From Planctomycetota bacterium (GTDB lineage: Bacteria > Planctomycetota > PLA2 > JAEUHO01): a stretch of DNA of 48,520 bases. The position numbers and the translations under genes are program-made. Position 1 is the stretch's first letter, and the number at the start of each line of letters is the position of its first letter. The stretch spans positions 1 to 48,520 of the forward strand of contig JBFWRP010000033.1 in NCBI GenBank assembly GCA_050248855.1, given 5' to 3'. Of this stretch, positions 9,340 through 19,894 are shown one piece after another. The notes below the pieces were generated by a model. That model did no database searches. It saw nothing but the letters and a program-made list of their open reading frames with translations, and was not told the DNA's origin.

Positions 9340-10236
9340 CTACGAGGCCGGCGGCGCGGGCGGGCAGGCCTTTCCAGCCAGCGGCTCCGGGCCCGCTGCC
9401 AGCCAGCGGCGGAAGAGCGCCAGCGCCGCCTCGGCCCGTGCGAGCGCCACCTGCCGGGCCACGAAGGGCAGCGGCCCGACGGCTCCCGTCGGCGTGGCGC
9501 TCACGTCCAGGACGACCACCTCGCCCTGGTGCACGACGTAGTCCACCTTGCCGTAGTCCAGGCCCATGTCGTCGGCGAACGCCCGGGCTTCGGCGGCCAC
9601 GGGCACGGCCTCGCGGGCCACGACATGGCGGCTCTTCACGCTCGGCTCGCGTGCCAGCTTGCGCGAACACGTCTCGTGGCCGGCACAGCGCACGTAGCTG
9701 CGCACGGCATGGAGCTCGCCCTCGCGCTCGGGCAGGAACCGCTCGACGACCAGCGCCGGGTTGCCGAACACGGACCGAGGCACGTCGTGCAGCGACGCGA
9801 ACACGGGGTAGTGCTCCGATCGCATCGTCCTCCGCCGTCGCCAGCTGCGCGGCTTGCCTGCGTCCGGCGTGAGGAGCCTGTGGTCGGGCAGGCCGCCGTG
9901 GTTGGCGTCGGTCTTGACGATGACGGGGCCTTCCCACGAGGCGTCGCGCCCTACCAGGTTGCGACTCACGACCCGCTTGGAAAGGTCGCGCACCGCGCGG
10001 TTGAGCACGCGCGGATGGGCGTCAAGGGCCTGCGTATACGCGGCAGGCATCGTCGTGAGGTCCATGTGGGGCACGACGACATCGGCGTCGTGGGGAACAT
10101 CGGGCCCCTGGACGATGTGCACCCGGTGGCCCTGGTCGCGCCACACGTCCACGATCGGCCAACGCAGGTAGGACCGCCGGGAGGCATCCGTGTCGCGGGC
10201 ATGCAGGACGACGTCAAGGGTCAGCGTGGGCGGCAT
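9340..10236 (-). CDS. ATP-grasp-like protein
   Basis: RVLNRAVRDLSK, PVIVKTDANHGG, LVVERFLP, GLDYGKVDY and LDVS follow ATP-grasp motif order. Confidence 0.7.
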   Translation of the reverse strand: MPPTLTLDVVLHARDTDASRRSYLRWPIVDVWRDQGHRVHIVQGPDVPHDADVVVPHMDLTTMPAAYTQALDAHPRVLNRAVRDLSKRVVSRNLVGRDASWEGPVIVKTDANHGGLPDHRLLTPDAGKPRSWRRRRTMRSEHYPVFASLHDVPRSVFGNPALVVERFLPEREGELHAVRSYVRCAGHETCSRKLAREPSVKSRHVVAREAVPVAAEARAFADDMGLDYGKVDYVVHQGEVVVLDVSATPTGAVGPLPFVARQVALARAEAALALFRRWLAAGPEPLAGKACPPAPPAS

Positions 10237-10392
10237 GCGCGCGCGACATCATGCCGCGCCGGGGTGTCGCACCGCGATCTGCGCGCCACGCCCACGAAGC
10301 CCACGCCGGCGGACGACCCACGCAGGAGCCCGGCGCGCGACCCGCGCCGCAAGCGGCGCAGTCGCGAGCCGGGCCCCTTCGCGCCCCAGCGG

Positions 10393-11337
10393 TCAGGCGG
10401 CGTCGCCTTCGCCCTCGGCGTCACCTTCGCCATCGTGCTCGCCGTCACCGTCGTGCTCGCCGTCGCCCTCGCGATCGGTCTCCCCGTCGCCTTCGCGATC
10501 GCGCTCGCGCTCCAGGCGGGGAACACGACCGATCAGGACGATGCGCTCGTCGGCGTTGCGGACGGCGATCCGACGTCCGGCGAGCGGGCGCGGGTCGATG
10601 CCCTCGCCTTCGTCGCCGTCGCAGCGACGGACGACCAACGCGCCGTAACCACGCTCGTTGGTCTCGATCACGCCGATCTGGGCCAACACGTACGCACCCT
10701 CGTTGCCGTCCAGGAGCACCACGGTGAAGCGGGCCGACGGCTCCAGACGCCCCGCGAGCACGGCCAGGGCACAGCACTCGGGCGTGCACGCCAACAGCGC
10801 GAGACCCCGCGCGCGGCTCTCGACGTCTTCCGGCGGGAACAGGCGCGAGGCGCCAAACAGGGGGGCATCCAAGTCGATGTCCGGGCGCTCGCCCTCGCAG
10901 CCGACGATCTCGCCGTCGAGCAGCTCGATGTCGCAGCGGCGCTCCTCGCCGTCGTCCAGCGGCGCCAGCTCGATGGCATCGCCATCGACCAGCGCGTCGT
11001 CGTCGTAGCCGAAGGCCTCCGGCGGGAGCTCGTCGCGGAAGTCGAGCGTCTCTCCGCCCTCACCCTGCGCGTCGCCCGACTCGTCGGCGGCCTCGCACTC
11101 CAGGCGCACGCGGGCGCCCGGCCGGACGTCGAGCCGGAAGCGACCCGCCGCATCCGTGCGCGTGCGCGCGCCCGTGATCTCGTCCGTCACGGTCACGCCG
11201 GCCAAGTCGGCGCCGGTTCCGGCCTCGGTGATCTTGCCGCTGACGACCGCCGAGGTCGTTCCGGCGCCACCGCCTCCGCAGGCGGCAAGGGCCCCCACCG
11301 CCAAGACGGCGGCGGCGGTACGAAGGATGGCAAACAT
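10393..11337 (-). CDS. Lipoprotein with carboxypeptidase-regulatory-like domain and acidic repeat tail
   Basis: Lipobox ALAAC, SGKITE..G..LAGVTV..TDAAGRF, C-terminal EGDGE/HDGDGE repeats. Confidence 0.75.
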   Translation of the reverse strand: MFAILRTAAAVLAVGALAACGGGGAGTTSAVVSGKITEAGTGADLAGVTVTDEITGARTRTDAAGRFRLDVRPGARVRLECEAADESGDAQGEGGETLDFRDELPPEAFGYDDDALVDGDAIELAPLDDGEERRCDIELLDGEIVGCEGERPDIDLDAPLFGASRLFPPEDVESRARGLALLACTPECCALAVLAGRLEPSARFTVVLLDGNEGAYVLAQIGVIETNERGYGALVVRRCDGDEGEGIDPRPLAGRRIAVRNADERIVLIGRVPRLERERDREGDGETDREGDGEHDGDGEHDGEGDAEGEGDAA

Positions 11338-11438
11338 GGTGCGTCTCCCGAGGGATCTGCCCCACCCCGGACGTCGTGCCCCGTCCCTTCTAGCCGCTGG
11401 CAACCGGCGCCGGACAGGGGTCTGGGGCACCCGGAGAA

Positions 11439-12644
11439 TCAGCGGCCCACGGCCGGACGTGCGACTTCCGGTTCACGGACGTGGCGATCGACCCAGGTCC
11501 TGGACAGCTCCCGCACCTCGGGCGTGAGGCGATGGCGGGCATCGACGAGATGTACGGCGTGGGACACGCCTGCCTCGCCCAGGCGCCGCTTCATGACCTT
11601 CGTCCCCTCCGGGGGGACGACCGTGTCGGAGAGACCGTGGGCCAGCTCCACGTGGACGCCCTTCATCTTCCAGGTCACGAGCGTCTCGTGGGGAAACCAC
11701 ACGTCGGGGTAGTAGCCGGCGTACGCGAAGAAGGTCTGCACGCGCTCGGGGTGCCGCGCGGCGAGGATGTTCGCCGAGGCGGCACCCTGGCTGTGCCCCC
11801 ACACCGCCACGCGATCCGTCTTCGCGCGGTATCGACGACCGACGTCGTCCACGCAGCGCAGGACCCAGTCGGTGTGCTGCACCATGGGATCGGGCGCCTC
11901 TTCCGCGTCATCGCGTTCCGGGGGCCACACCGTCCAGCCGGGTTTCCCGGACTGCCCGATCACGTCGAGGTGCGGATGCAGCGCGCGCGGTGCGACGTAG
12001 ATCACGCCGTCGCGGCCCAGGGCGTCGGCCACGCGGCCATGTCCGATCTCCGTCGAGCCGCTGCCATGCAGGATCACGACGACGGGGTAGCGGCGATCGG
12101 ACGTGGCGTAGTCCCGAGGGAGCAGCACGACGTACGTGCCGACCGTCTCGGTGGCCAGGGCGTGGCGTTGGAGCCCGCCGACATGTTCCGCCACCTTGTT
12201 GGCAATCCCCTGCGCCACGGCGCGGCCGAAGCGCGCCGTGGTGCGGAGCGTGGCCAGGTCCGGATCTTCCTGCGCGTGCTCGACGTCGTCAAACCCGGTC
12301 CGGAAGGCGTTCTCGAGCGCATCCAACGCGTCGTCCACGCGTCCGGCCAGCGCGTGCACGCACGCGAGGTTGTACCAGCTGGTGCCGTCGCGCGGGTCGG
12401 CCTCGAGCCACCGCACGTACAGGTCGCGCGCGTCGTCCAGTCGCCGCGCGGTAAGCGCTTCGATCGCCTGGTCCCTGAGCGAGGGGCCCAGGATCTTCTC
12501 CTCGCGCGGCGCCGGTTCGTCCTCCGCCCGCACGTCGCGAAGTCCCGTCGGAGCGACGCAGGCCACGGCCAGCAGCGCGAGCGCCAACACCCTGCCGCAC
12601 CACCCGGCTCCCGGGCCTGGACGAACGTCCAAGACCATTCCCAT
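11439..12644 (-). CDS. Secreted TPR + alpha/beta-hydrolase (esterase)
   Basis: Signal peptide, WYNLACVHAL..DPDL TPR, VILHGSG, nucleophile motif GHSQG, HGLSDTVVP, late His. Confidence 0.85.
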   Translation of the reverse strand: MGMVLDVRPGPGAGWCGRVLALALLAVACVAPTGLRDVRAEDEPAPREEKILGPSLRDQAIEALTARRLDDARDLYVRWLEADPRDGTSWYNLACVHALAGRVDDALDALENAFRTGFDDVEHAQEDPDLATLRTTARFGRAVAQGIANKVAEHVGGLQRHALATETVGTYVVLLPRDYATSDRRYPVVVILHGSGSTEIGHGRVADALGRDGVIYVAPRALHPHLDVIGQSGKPGWTVWPPERDDAEEAPDPMVQHTDWVLRCVDDVGRRYRAKTDRVAVWGHSQGAASANILAARHPERVQTFFAYAGYYPDVWFPHETLVTWKMKGVHVELAHGLSDTVVPPEGTKVMKRRLGEAGVSHAVHLVDARHRLTPEVRELSRTWVDRHVREPEVARPAVGR

Positions 12645-12712
12645 GGACCACCTCCGCGTGCAGACTACCGGCCGCGGAGGGGCCCGCCTGCGCCCTCCAG
12701 GGGAGACCTGCC

Positions 12713-13027
12713 ATGTTCGTGTTCAGCGTGATGCTCGACGCGATCATCCTGGTGGGCGTCGTCCGCTGGTTGACGGGTAGCTGGTTCCCCCACGCGGGGG
12801 CCGCGGTCGCCACGGTGCTGTGCACGCTCCTGGGCACGATCATCGCGAGCGCGGTGCTACCCGATGCCGTGCAGTGGCTCGCGCCGATCGGCGGCGGTGT
12901 GGCCTGCGCGTTCATGATCCAGCTGATGGTGGGTGAGCGGCTCCCGCGCGCCGCGCTCACGGCCGGCGCCTTCGTCGTGGCCTCCGTCCTCGTGCGACTG
13001 GGCCTGCACGCGCTCTTCTCGGCATGA
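12713..13027 (+). CDS. Small four-helix membrane protein
   Basis: GGGGAG RBS, four hydrophobic segments, fills the intergenic gap. Confidence 0.65.
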   Translation: MFVFSVMLDAIILVGVVRWLTGSWFPHAGAAVATVLCTLLGTIIASAVLPDAVQWLAPIGGGVACAFMIQLMVGERLPRAALTAGAFVVASVLVRLGLHALFSA

Positions 13028-13031
13028 CGCC

Positions 13032-13388
13032 TCAGGGCGACGCGTCGAGCAGCGGCGAGGCATGGCGGGGCTGGTAGACGCCCAGGTCGCTGCCGCCGGG
13101 CAGGCGGAAGGTGACCAAGTCCCCCCAACCCTGTCGACGGATCTCGCTGCACGCGATGCCCCTGTCCGCCATGGACTTCACGAACGCGTCGATGTCCTTG
13201 CACATGAGGTACAGCTCGTGCTTCTCGACATCCATCAGCGGATGCACGGCCACCTCCGCCGGGGGAAGCCGGAAGATCAGCCAGCCATGGCCCGCGTCCA
13301 CGTGGTCCCAGCCGAGCACGTCGCGGAAGAAGGCCCGATCCGCTTCCGCGTCCTTGCTGTACACGATCACGTGGGCACCGATCAGCAT
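13032..13388 (-). CDS. VOC/glyoxalase-family protein
   Basis: MLIGAHVIVYSKDAEADRAFFRDVLG, GWG, LPGG..GVYQPRH. Confidence 0.88.
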   Translation of the reverse strand: MLIGAHVIVYSKDAEADRAFFRDVLGWDHVDAGHGWLIFRLPPAEVAVHPLMDVEKHELYLMCKDIDAFVKSMADRGIACSEIRRQGWGDLVTFRLPGGSDLGVYQPRHASPLLDASP

Positions 13389-13951
13389 GCGGGCTCCTCG
13401 CGCGAGGCCGGCGCCGGATCCAAGTCCAACGCCAGGATCACGCTCTCGTAGCTGGTGAACGGACGGAAGTCGTGCCGCCCGACCACACGATAGCCCCAGC
13501 GCTCGTACAGCGCGATCAGGCCGTGGGCAGGCAGCGCCGTATCCAGCGCCAGCCGCTTGGCGCCGGCACTCCGCGCGTGCGCCGCGGCCACGTCGTGCAG
13601 GCGGCGGCCCAGCTGGCAACCGCGATGGGAGAGCGCCACGGCCAGCTGGTGGACCGAGTGGACGTCGGGCTCGCGGTACAGCGGCACCTCGGCCGCGAGG
13701 CTAGGCGGTTGCACGGTGACGGTGCCCACGTAGGCCGCGCCGTCGATGGCAAGGAACGAGGCGCCACGTCCGAGCCGGTCGATCGTGTCTTCCACCGACT
13801 GGTGCGTGGCCCAGAAGCGCAAGCCCTCGCGAGCGTGGTGGGCGTAGGCACTCCGCACGAGGTCCGTGAGCGCTTGCGCATCGTCGTCGCTCCGCCAGCG
13901 GCGGATGAAGATCCGCGACGCCCCGGCGGACGGCGGTCCGTCACTCGTCAC
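13382..13951 (-). CDS. GNAT acetyltransferase (start approximate)
   Basis: QLAVALSHRGCQLGRRL, LDTA, LIALYERWGY. Overlaps the VOC start codon. Confidence 0.82.
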   Translation of the reverse strand: MTSDGPPSAGASRIFIRRWRSDDDAQALTDLVRSAYAHHAREGLRFWATHQSVEDTIDRLGRGASFLAIDGAAYVGTVTVQPPSLAAEVPLYREPDVHSVHQLAVALSHRGCQLGRRLHDVAAAHARSAGAKRLALDTALPAHGLIALYERWGYRVVGRHDFRPFTSYESVILALDLDPAPASREEPAC

Positions 13952-14133
13952 GGATGGATCCGCGCGCTGCGCGGCGCTCCCTACGTCGCTGGCGCGCGCG
14001 TTCGGCAGCCGCGGGGAGGACCCAGGCAGGCATGCGGGGCTCCAGCAACCAGGGACGGAAGGGTACGGGGAGGAACGCGAACGCCGGCCCCCGACCGGTG
14101 CAACGCCACCGCGCGCTCGATCGCGCAAGGGGC

Positions 14134-15315
14134 CTACCGTGCGCCGACCTCGAGGGCCTTGAGCTTTGCCGACGGGGAGCCGTCGCCCGCCACCAGGGGC
14201 GCGCCGGGCGTCACCGCGAAGTCCTCCGGGGTCAGGATCTCCACGCCGCCGTCGGCGAAGGCCGGGATGACGACGCCCGGCAGCGAGAGGTCGGCCAGCA
14301 CGATCGCGCCCTCCTCGATGCGGTTCTGCGTCAGCCGGTAGGCCGGGTCCGCGTTTCGCCGCCCGGCCAGCGTCACGAGGCGTCGCAGGGCTTCGTCGGA
14401 CCCGGTCGCCGTGGCGGCCTGCTTCCAGCGCGCCAAGGCGGCGTCGTCGAGAACCACCGGAGGACCGGCGACGGCCTGCAGGATGGCCAGCTGCGATGGT
14501 CGGGTCACTTCGCCCAGATGACGTCGTGCCAGCGCGATCACGAAGTCGGGCCCGCTGGCCTCGGGCCAGCGGGTGCCGGGCTGGAGCGCGCTGAACAAGG
14601 TCCGGACGCGGTGCATGGCCACGCCGATCCCATTGACCGGTATGCACGTCACTCCGCCCTCGTCGGCCAGGAAGACCAGCGACGGCGCGTCCTCGCCCGG
14701 GAGCTCCACGCGCACGTCGTGCTCCTGAGGTGACGGGGCCGACCCGTGCGCGGCAACGCGGTACCAACCACGGAGGCCGGCAAGGGGCTCGAGCGAGACC
14801 CGCTCGGCAGCGGCCCGGACGCGCGCGCGCAACCAGGCGCTGCCGCCGGGCGCTTCCCAGGCCAGCGCGGCCAGCGCCTGCCCCGCCCCGGGACTCGATT
14901 CCAAGCTCGCCGCAAGGCGGGCCAGCGGCTGGGCCTCCAGCTCGCGGGCGCCGGGAAGCAGCGACTTCGACGCGAGCAATGGGATGCGGCGCTCGCCCCG
15001 GACGAGCGTCACGTTCCCACCACGACGCTCCAGGGCCCAGGGCCCGCCGTCTTCAGATGGACCGCGCGCGCCCGTCGGGAGCGCTCCCTCGAGGAGTCGC
15101 GCCCGCACGCTCCCCCCCACCAAGACGTCGTTCCACGCCGGAACCACGAGCGCCCGCTCGATGCCGTACTCGACCTCGACGACAAGGCGCGTGCGGTCGG
15201 ACGGGTCGCCCCCCTCCAGCGAGTCCGCGCGTGCGACCGAGGACGCCACGGCGATCCCCAGGCAGATGGCCGCCGCCCCGGGGAGCAGGCGAGACGTCAG
15301 GGGGCTGGCCGGCAT
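14134..15315 (-). CDS. Hypothetical secreted protein
   Basis: GGAGG RBS, signal-peptide-like N-terminus, co-directional with neighbours. Confidence 0.55.
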   Translation of the reverse strand: MPASPLTSRLLPGAAAICLGIAVASSVARADSLEGGDPSDRTRLVVEVEYGIERALVVPAWNDVLVGGSVRARLLEGALPTGARGPSEDGGPWALERRGGNVTLVRGERRIPLLASKSLLPGARELEAQPLARLAASLESSPGAGQALAALAWEAPGGSAWLRARVRAAAERVSLEPLAGLRGWYRVAAHGSAPSPQEHDVRVELPGEDAPSLVFLADEGGVTCIPVNGIGVAMHRVRTLFSALQPGTRWPEASGPDFVIALARRHLGEVTRPSQLAILQAVAGPPVVLDDAALARWKQAATATGSDEALRRLVTLAGRRNADPAYRLTQNRIEEGAIVLADLSLPGVVIPAFADGGVEILTPEDFAVTPGAPLVAGDGSPSAKLKALEVGAR

Positions 15316-15334
15316 CGTGCCTCCGTGATGGGGT

Positions 15335-15808
15335 TCAGGCCGTGCGCGCCCGCGAGCCCTCGATGAGCAGGGTCACGAGGAGTCGGAAGCGCTCATGGAC
15401 GGCATCCGCCAGCGCTGGCTCCAGCCGCGCCCAGCGGTAGCCGAAGCGGTACCCTGCATCGAAGCCGCCGCTCCGGACCTCATGTGTCCAAGCGTCCGGT
15501 ACGTCCGGCGGTGCTTCGACGCACCACACGTACCAGCGCTGCGTCTCCAGCGGGCCGTCCCCGAAGGGACCACCCGCCAGCCGGTAGTCGAAGGGACCGA
15601 GCAGCTCTCCCCCCGAGGCGAGGTCCAGACCCGACTCCTCGAAGAGCTCACGACGACCCGCCTGAAGCGGCGTCTCGCCTGCATTGATGCCGCCGCCGGG
15701 CAGCTGCGGTGCCGTGTCCGGGTGGAGGAGCAGCAGGAGCTCGCGCGCGTCGGCGGGTCCGCGCAGCACGGCGATGCGCACCTTGGGGACCACCGTCCGG
15801 GCAGCCAC
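15335..15808 (-). CDS. NUDIX hydrolase
   Basis: Nudix box GGGINAGETPLQAGRRELFEESGL. Confidence 0.85.
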   Translation of the reverse strand: MAARTVVPKVRIAVLRGPADARELLLLLHPDTAPQLPGGGINAGETPLQAGRRELFEESGLDLASGGELLGPFDYRLAGGPFGDGPLETQRWYVWCVEAPPDVPDAWTHEVRSGGFDAGYRFGYRWARLEPALADAVHERFRLLVTLLIEGSRARTA

Positions 15809-16839
15809 TACTTGCTCGACGCCGGAAGCACGATGCCCGACGGACGAGCAAGGATCAGCACGCCAATTGCGGTCGAAATGACGTCAGGGAGCCCAGGTGG
15901 GTCCACGGCGCTGGACTCCCCCCACGACCCATCGGGCTTCTGCGTTGCCACCAACCGCGCGGCCAGGTCATCGAACCATAGGCGGTCGTCGCAACCCTGG
16001 GTGCGCATGAGGACCACGTAGGCGAGGGCGTCCTCGAGGCCCCTACGCTCGATGGGCTGGACCCCTCCGAGTGACCAGGGTGCTCGACGGCGGAAGCGGG
16101 ACCGCGCGAACGCCGCCACGCGGCGACGCGGAACCGTGCGAACCGTGGGTGCATCGTCCGCGCTCTGCGCGAGCCCCACCTGGGCCGCGGCGTAGAGCGA
16201 GACGATCAGTGACTCGTCCTCCCGCTTGGAGTGCAACGCACGCGGCGGCGGATCGGCGAGGCTCTCTTTCGACCAAGCGCCCGTCCGAAGCTGCGTAGCC
16301 GCGAACCGCTCCAGCTGCCAGTCCCTGAGCTCGCGCGCCATCGCCGAGTCCCCGCTGCGAGCATGAAGAGCCAAGCAGGCCCAGAGTGTCGATCCGAGGC
16401 TCATCCAGTTGGCATCTTGGAACACGCGCCAGGCTACGCGGCTGATTCGCAGTCGCCCCAGTTGCTCGAGCCAGCCTGACGGAGCGGGAGTCTCCGGCGC
16501 GATGTGCGCAAGCAGCACGCGGGCAGCGACGTAACGCGTGATCCCGCCGTTCGGGTCCTTCTCTGTTGGCAGGGCGTACTCGGCGACGGACCGTGCGCGC
16601 TTGGTCGGCGTCCACCCGGTCGCCCTCAAGGCGAGCCAGGCGAAGGCCACGTCTTCCGGACTGTAGTGAGGCCGCGCCTTGGCGGCGGGGTCAAGCGCCC
16701 GGTGCTCGGCGCACGCAAGCAGCACCTCGCGCGCGCGTTGCAAGGCCAGCTCGTGAGGCGCCAGCTCGGCAGCCGGCTCCTCGGCGTGCGCCATGCACGG
16801 CGCCAAGATCAGCGGCAGGACGAAGGCCAGGCGGCGCAT
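15808..16839 (-). CDS. Secreted alpha-helical protein with prenyltransferase/squalene-cyclase-like QW repeats
   Basis: Signal peptide; ATQLRTGAW and LVATQKPDGSW..STAIGVLIL. Confidence 0.6.
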   Translation of the reverse strand: MRRLAFVLPLILAPCMAHAEEPAAELAPHELALQRAREVLLACAEHRALDPAAKARPHYSPEDVAFAWLALRATGWTPTKRARSVAEYALPTEKDPNGGITRYVAARVLLAHIAPETPAPSGWLEQLGRLRISRVAWRVFQDANWMSLGSTLWACLALHARSGDSAMARELRDWQLERFAATQLRTGAWSKESLADPPPRALHSKREDESLIVSLYAAAQVGLAQSADDAPTVRTVPRRRVAAFARSRFRRRAPWSLGGVQPIERRGLEDALAYVVLMRTQGCDDRLWFDDLAARLVATQKPDGSWGESSAVDPPGLPDVISTAIGVLILARPSGIVLPASSK

Positions 16840-17012
16840 GGGCGGTGGCGTCCTCGAAAGGGAAGAGGTGCGCGGCGCGGCCAGCATACGCGGCGGGCCG
16901 CCCCAAGGCGGCCCGCGAAGGGCGTTCGCCGGTGCGCGCTGACGGCACTTGGTGAAGGTGGTGTCGTGGCGGCTCCGCGCTGGCGCGGCCACGGCACCGC
17001 CAGGAGCAACCC

Positions 17013-17549
17013 ATGTGGGCCCCCGCCACCCTGTCCGCCTGTCTTCTGGCCGCTGTCGCCTTGCTGGGTGGCTGCGGCTCGAGCGGCGACGACGAAGTGA
17101 TCCTGGCCACGTACGACTTCCACAACGCGGGCAGTGGCTTCGGCACCGTGGCCAGCCACGTCGAGCTCCGCCTGTCGTTCTCCGATGATCCGCCCTACGA
17201 GATGCTCACGATCACGCCGCCACTCGCGGGCGGCGAGAGCGGCGTGTCCTACGAGACGCGACCCGGCGACAGCGCCACGGCGGACTCCGTGCTGGGTCGG
17301 TTGGCCAACGGCCAGGACGAGCAGCTGGGCTTCCTCGGCTGGTGGCTGCCTAGCGGCGGTGGCGGAGGCTCGTCGGCGAACGAGTCTTCGTTCTACGACA
17401 CCCGCCATTCCGATCTCACCGGCGTGGACTTGGTGGGCGCCACGGTGACCCGCGTGATCGTGCGCATCGACAGCTGCACGCTCGTCGCCGGAGACCCCCA
17501 CTCCAGCGACATCACGGGAACCTTGGTCGTCATGGGCAAGCTCGACTGA
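17013..17549 (+). CDS. Hypothetical lipoprotein
   Basis: AGGAG RBS, lipobox LLGGC. Confidence 0.7.
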   Translation: MWAPATLSACLLAAVALLGGCGSSGDDEVILATYDFHNAGSGFGTVASHVELRLSFSDDPPYEMLTITPPLAGGESGVSYETRPGDSATADSVLGRLANGQDEQLGFLGWWLPSGGGGGSSANESSFYDTRHSDLTGVDLVGATVTRVIVRIDSCTLVAGDPHSSDITGTLVVMGKLD

Positions 17550-17570
17550 GTCCGATCGCGTCGTTCGTGC

Positions 17571-18584
<1,014 letters not shown>

Positions 18585-18603
18585 GGGACCTCCACGCCTG
18601 AAT

Positions 18604-18623
18604 GATAATGAGTTCTCATTATC
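18604..18623. promoter_or_regulatory. Fur-family operator
   Basis: GATAATGAG-TT-CTCATTATC palindrome, close to the Fur consensus GATAATGATAATCATTATC, between divergent genes one of which is a Fur-family regulator. Confidence 0.8.
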
Positions 18624-18654
18624 TTGCAACACGCATCCCGGGTAGGTTGCCCTC

Positions 18655-19032
18655 ATGAGCCGCGCGACGCAGCAACGAACCGCCATTTGGGCCTGCCTCG
18701 AAGCGGCGCTGGGCCCCCTCCTGCCCGAGGAGGTGCTTGCCCAGGCGCAACGCGAGTGCGCGACCTTGGGTCAGGCCACGGTCTACCGGACCTTGGCAGC
18801 GCTCGAGGCCGAGGGGGACGTAGCCCGCGTGGTCGCCGCCGACGGCCGCGCCCGCTTCGAACGCACGCGCGGCCACCACCACCACTTCGCCTGCCGCTCG
18901 TGCGATCGCGTCTTCGACGTGGAGGGCTGCCGCAGCTCGGCCGCTTCGCTGTCGCGCGGCCTACCTGACGGCTTCGTCCTCGAGGGCCACGACGTGTGGC
19001 TCCGGGGCCTGTGCGCGGAGTGTGGGACGTAG
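18655..19032 (+). CDS. Fur-family transcriptional regulator (Fur/Zur/Nur)
   Basis: TQQRTAI, ATVYRTL, HHHHFACRSC, GLCAEC. Confidence 0.92.
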   Translation: MSRATQQRTAIWACLEAALGPLLPEEVLAQAQRECATLGQATVYRTLAALEAEGDVARVVAADGRARFERTRGHHHHFACRSCDRVFDVEGCRSSAASLSRGLPDGFVLEGHDVWLRGLCAECGT

Positions 19033-19129
19033 CCGGGGACTCGACCCGGGAGGTCGGCATCTGACCAGCGGGCTCCGAAGGCGGGCACGCCTCCGCCGAT
19101 CACGGCTCGAGGCGGCGCAGGCTTGGCCT

Positions 19130-19828
19130 CTAGCTGACGGCGCCGCTCTCGCTCGCGTGGGCCTTCGCCGAGGGTGTGAGCCGGCCCACGATGGCCGGGG
19201 CCACCTGGACGAGGTCGTCGTTGGTCAAGGCTTCGACCATGAAGAGGGCGAAGTCGATCCGTCGCGTGAGGTTGCTGGCCAGGATGGGGTCACCGACGTG
19301 TTCGCTCCACACGGGCAGGCCCTGGGACTCGCCTTCCTCCAGGTCGCTGCCTCGTACGACGGTCCAGCGGCGGTCGCTGGCGAAGATGCGCCGGCACGCC
19401 TCGACTTGGTCGCGCAAGTCCGCGAAGCGTGTCAGTCGGGCGATCGCCCCGAACACCTTCAGCATCAGGCGGAAGCCCAGCGAGTAGACGTCCTTGCCGT
19501 CGCGCGAGATGTGCCAGCCACAGGAGAACACGAGCCGCGCGCCGGGTTCGGCGTGATCCAGGACGGCCTGTGCCGTTCCGGTGGCGTACTGCTGCGTCCC
19601 CCACGGCACGAGCACCGTGAGCACCCCGTCGCAGCCCTTCACGGCGCGGGCGATCACCTCGGGGTCGTTCGTGGCCCCGGGCACGACCTGGACGCGGTCG
19701 CCGAACGACGCGAGCTTCTCCACGCTCTGCGCGCGGCAGACGCCCACCACCTCGTAGCCCCGCTCCAGGCAGTGCCGGACCATGTACTGCCCCAGCTTGC
19801 CCGACGCCCCGACGATGCAGACCTTCAT
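19130..19828 (-). CDS. NAD(P)-binding Rossmann protein (NmrA/flavin-reductase-like)
   Basis: MKVCIVGASGKLG, WTVVRG, RIDFA. Confidence 0.85.
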   Translation of the reverse strand: MKVCIVGASGKLGQYMVRHCLERGYEVVGVCRAQSVEKLASFGDRVQVVPGATNDPEVIARAVKGCDGVLTVLVPWGTQQYATGTAQAVLDHAEPGARLVFSCGWHISRDGKDVYSLGFRLMLKVFGAIARLTRFADLRDQVEACRRIFASDRRWTVVRGSDLEEGESQGLPVWSEHVGDPILASNLTRRIDFALFMVEALTNDDLVQVAPAIVGRLTPSAKAHASESGAVS

Positions 19829-19894
19829 GCGCGCGTCATACGGCAAGGATGACGCCGGACAAGTTCCGCGGGCCCGCAGCCGCCCCCGCGCGTC

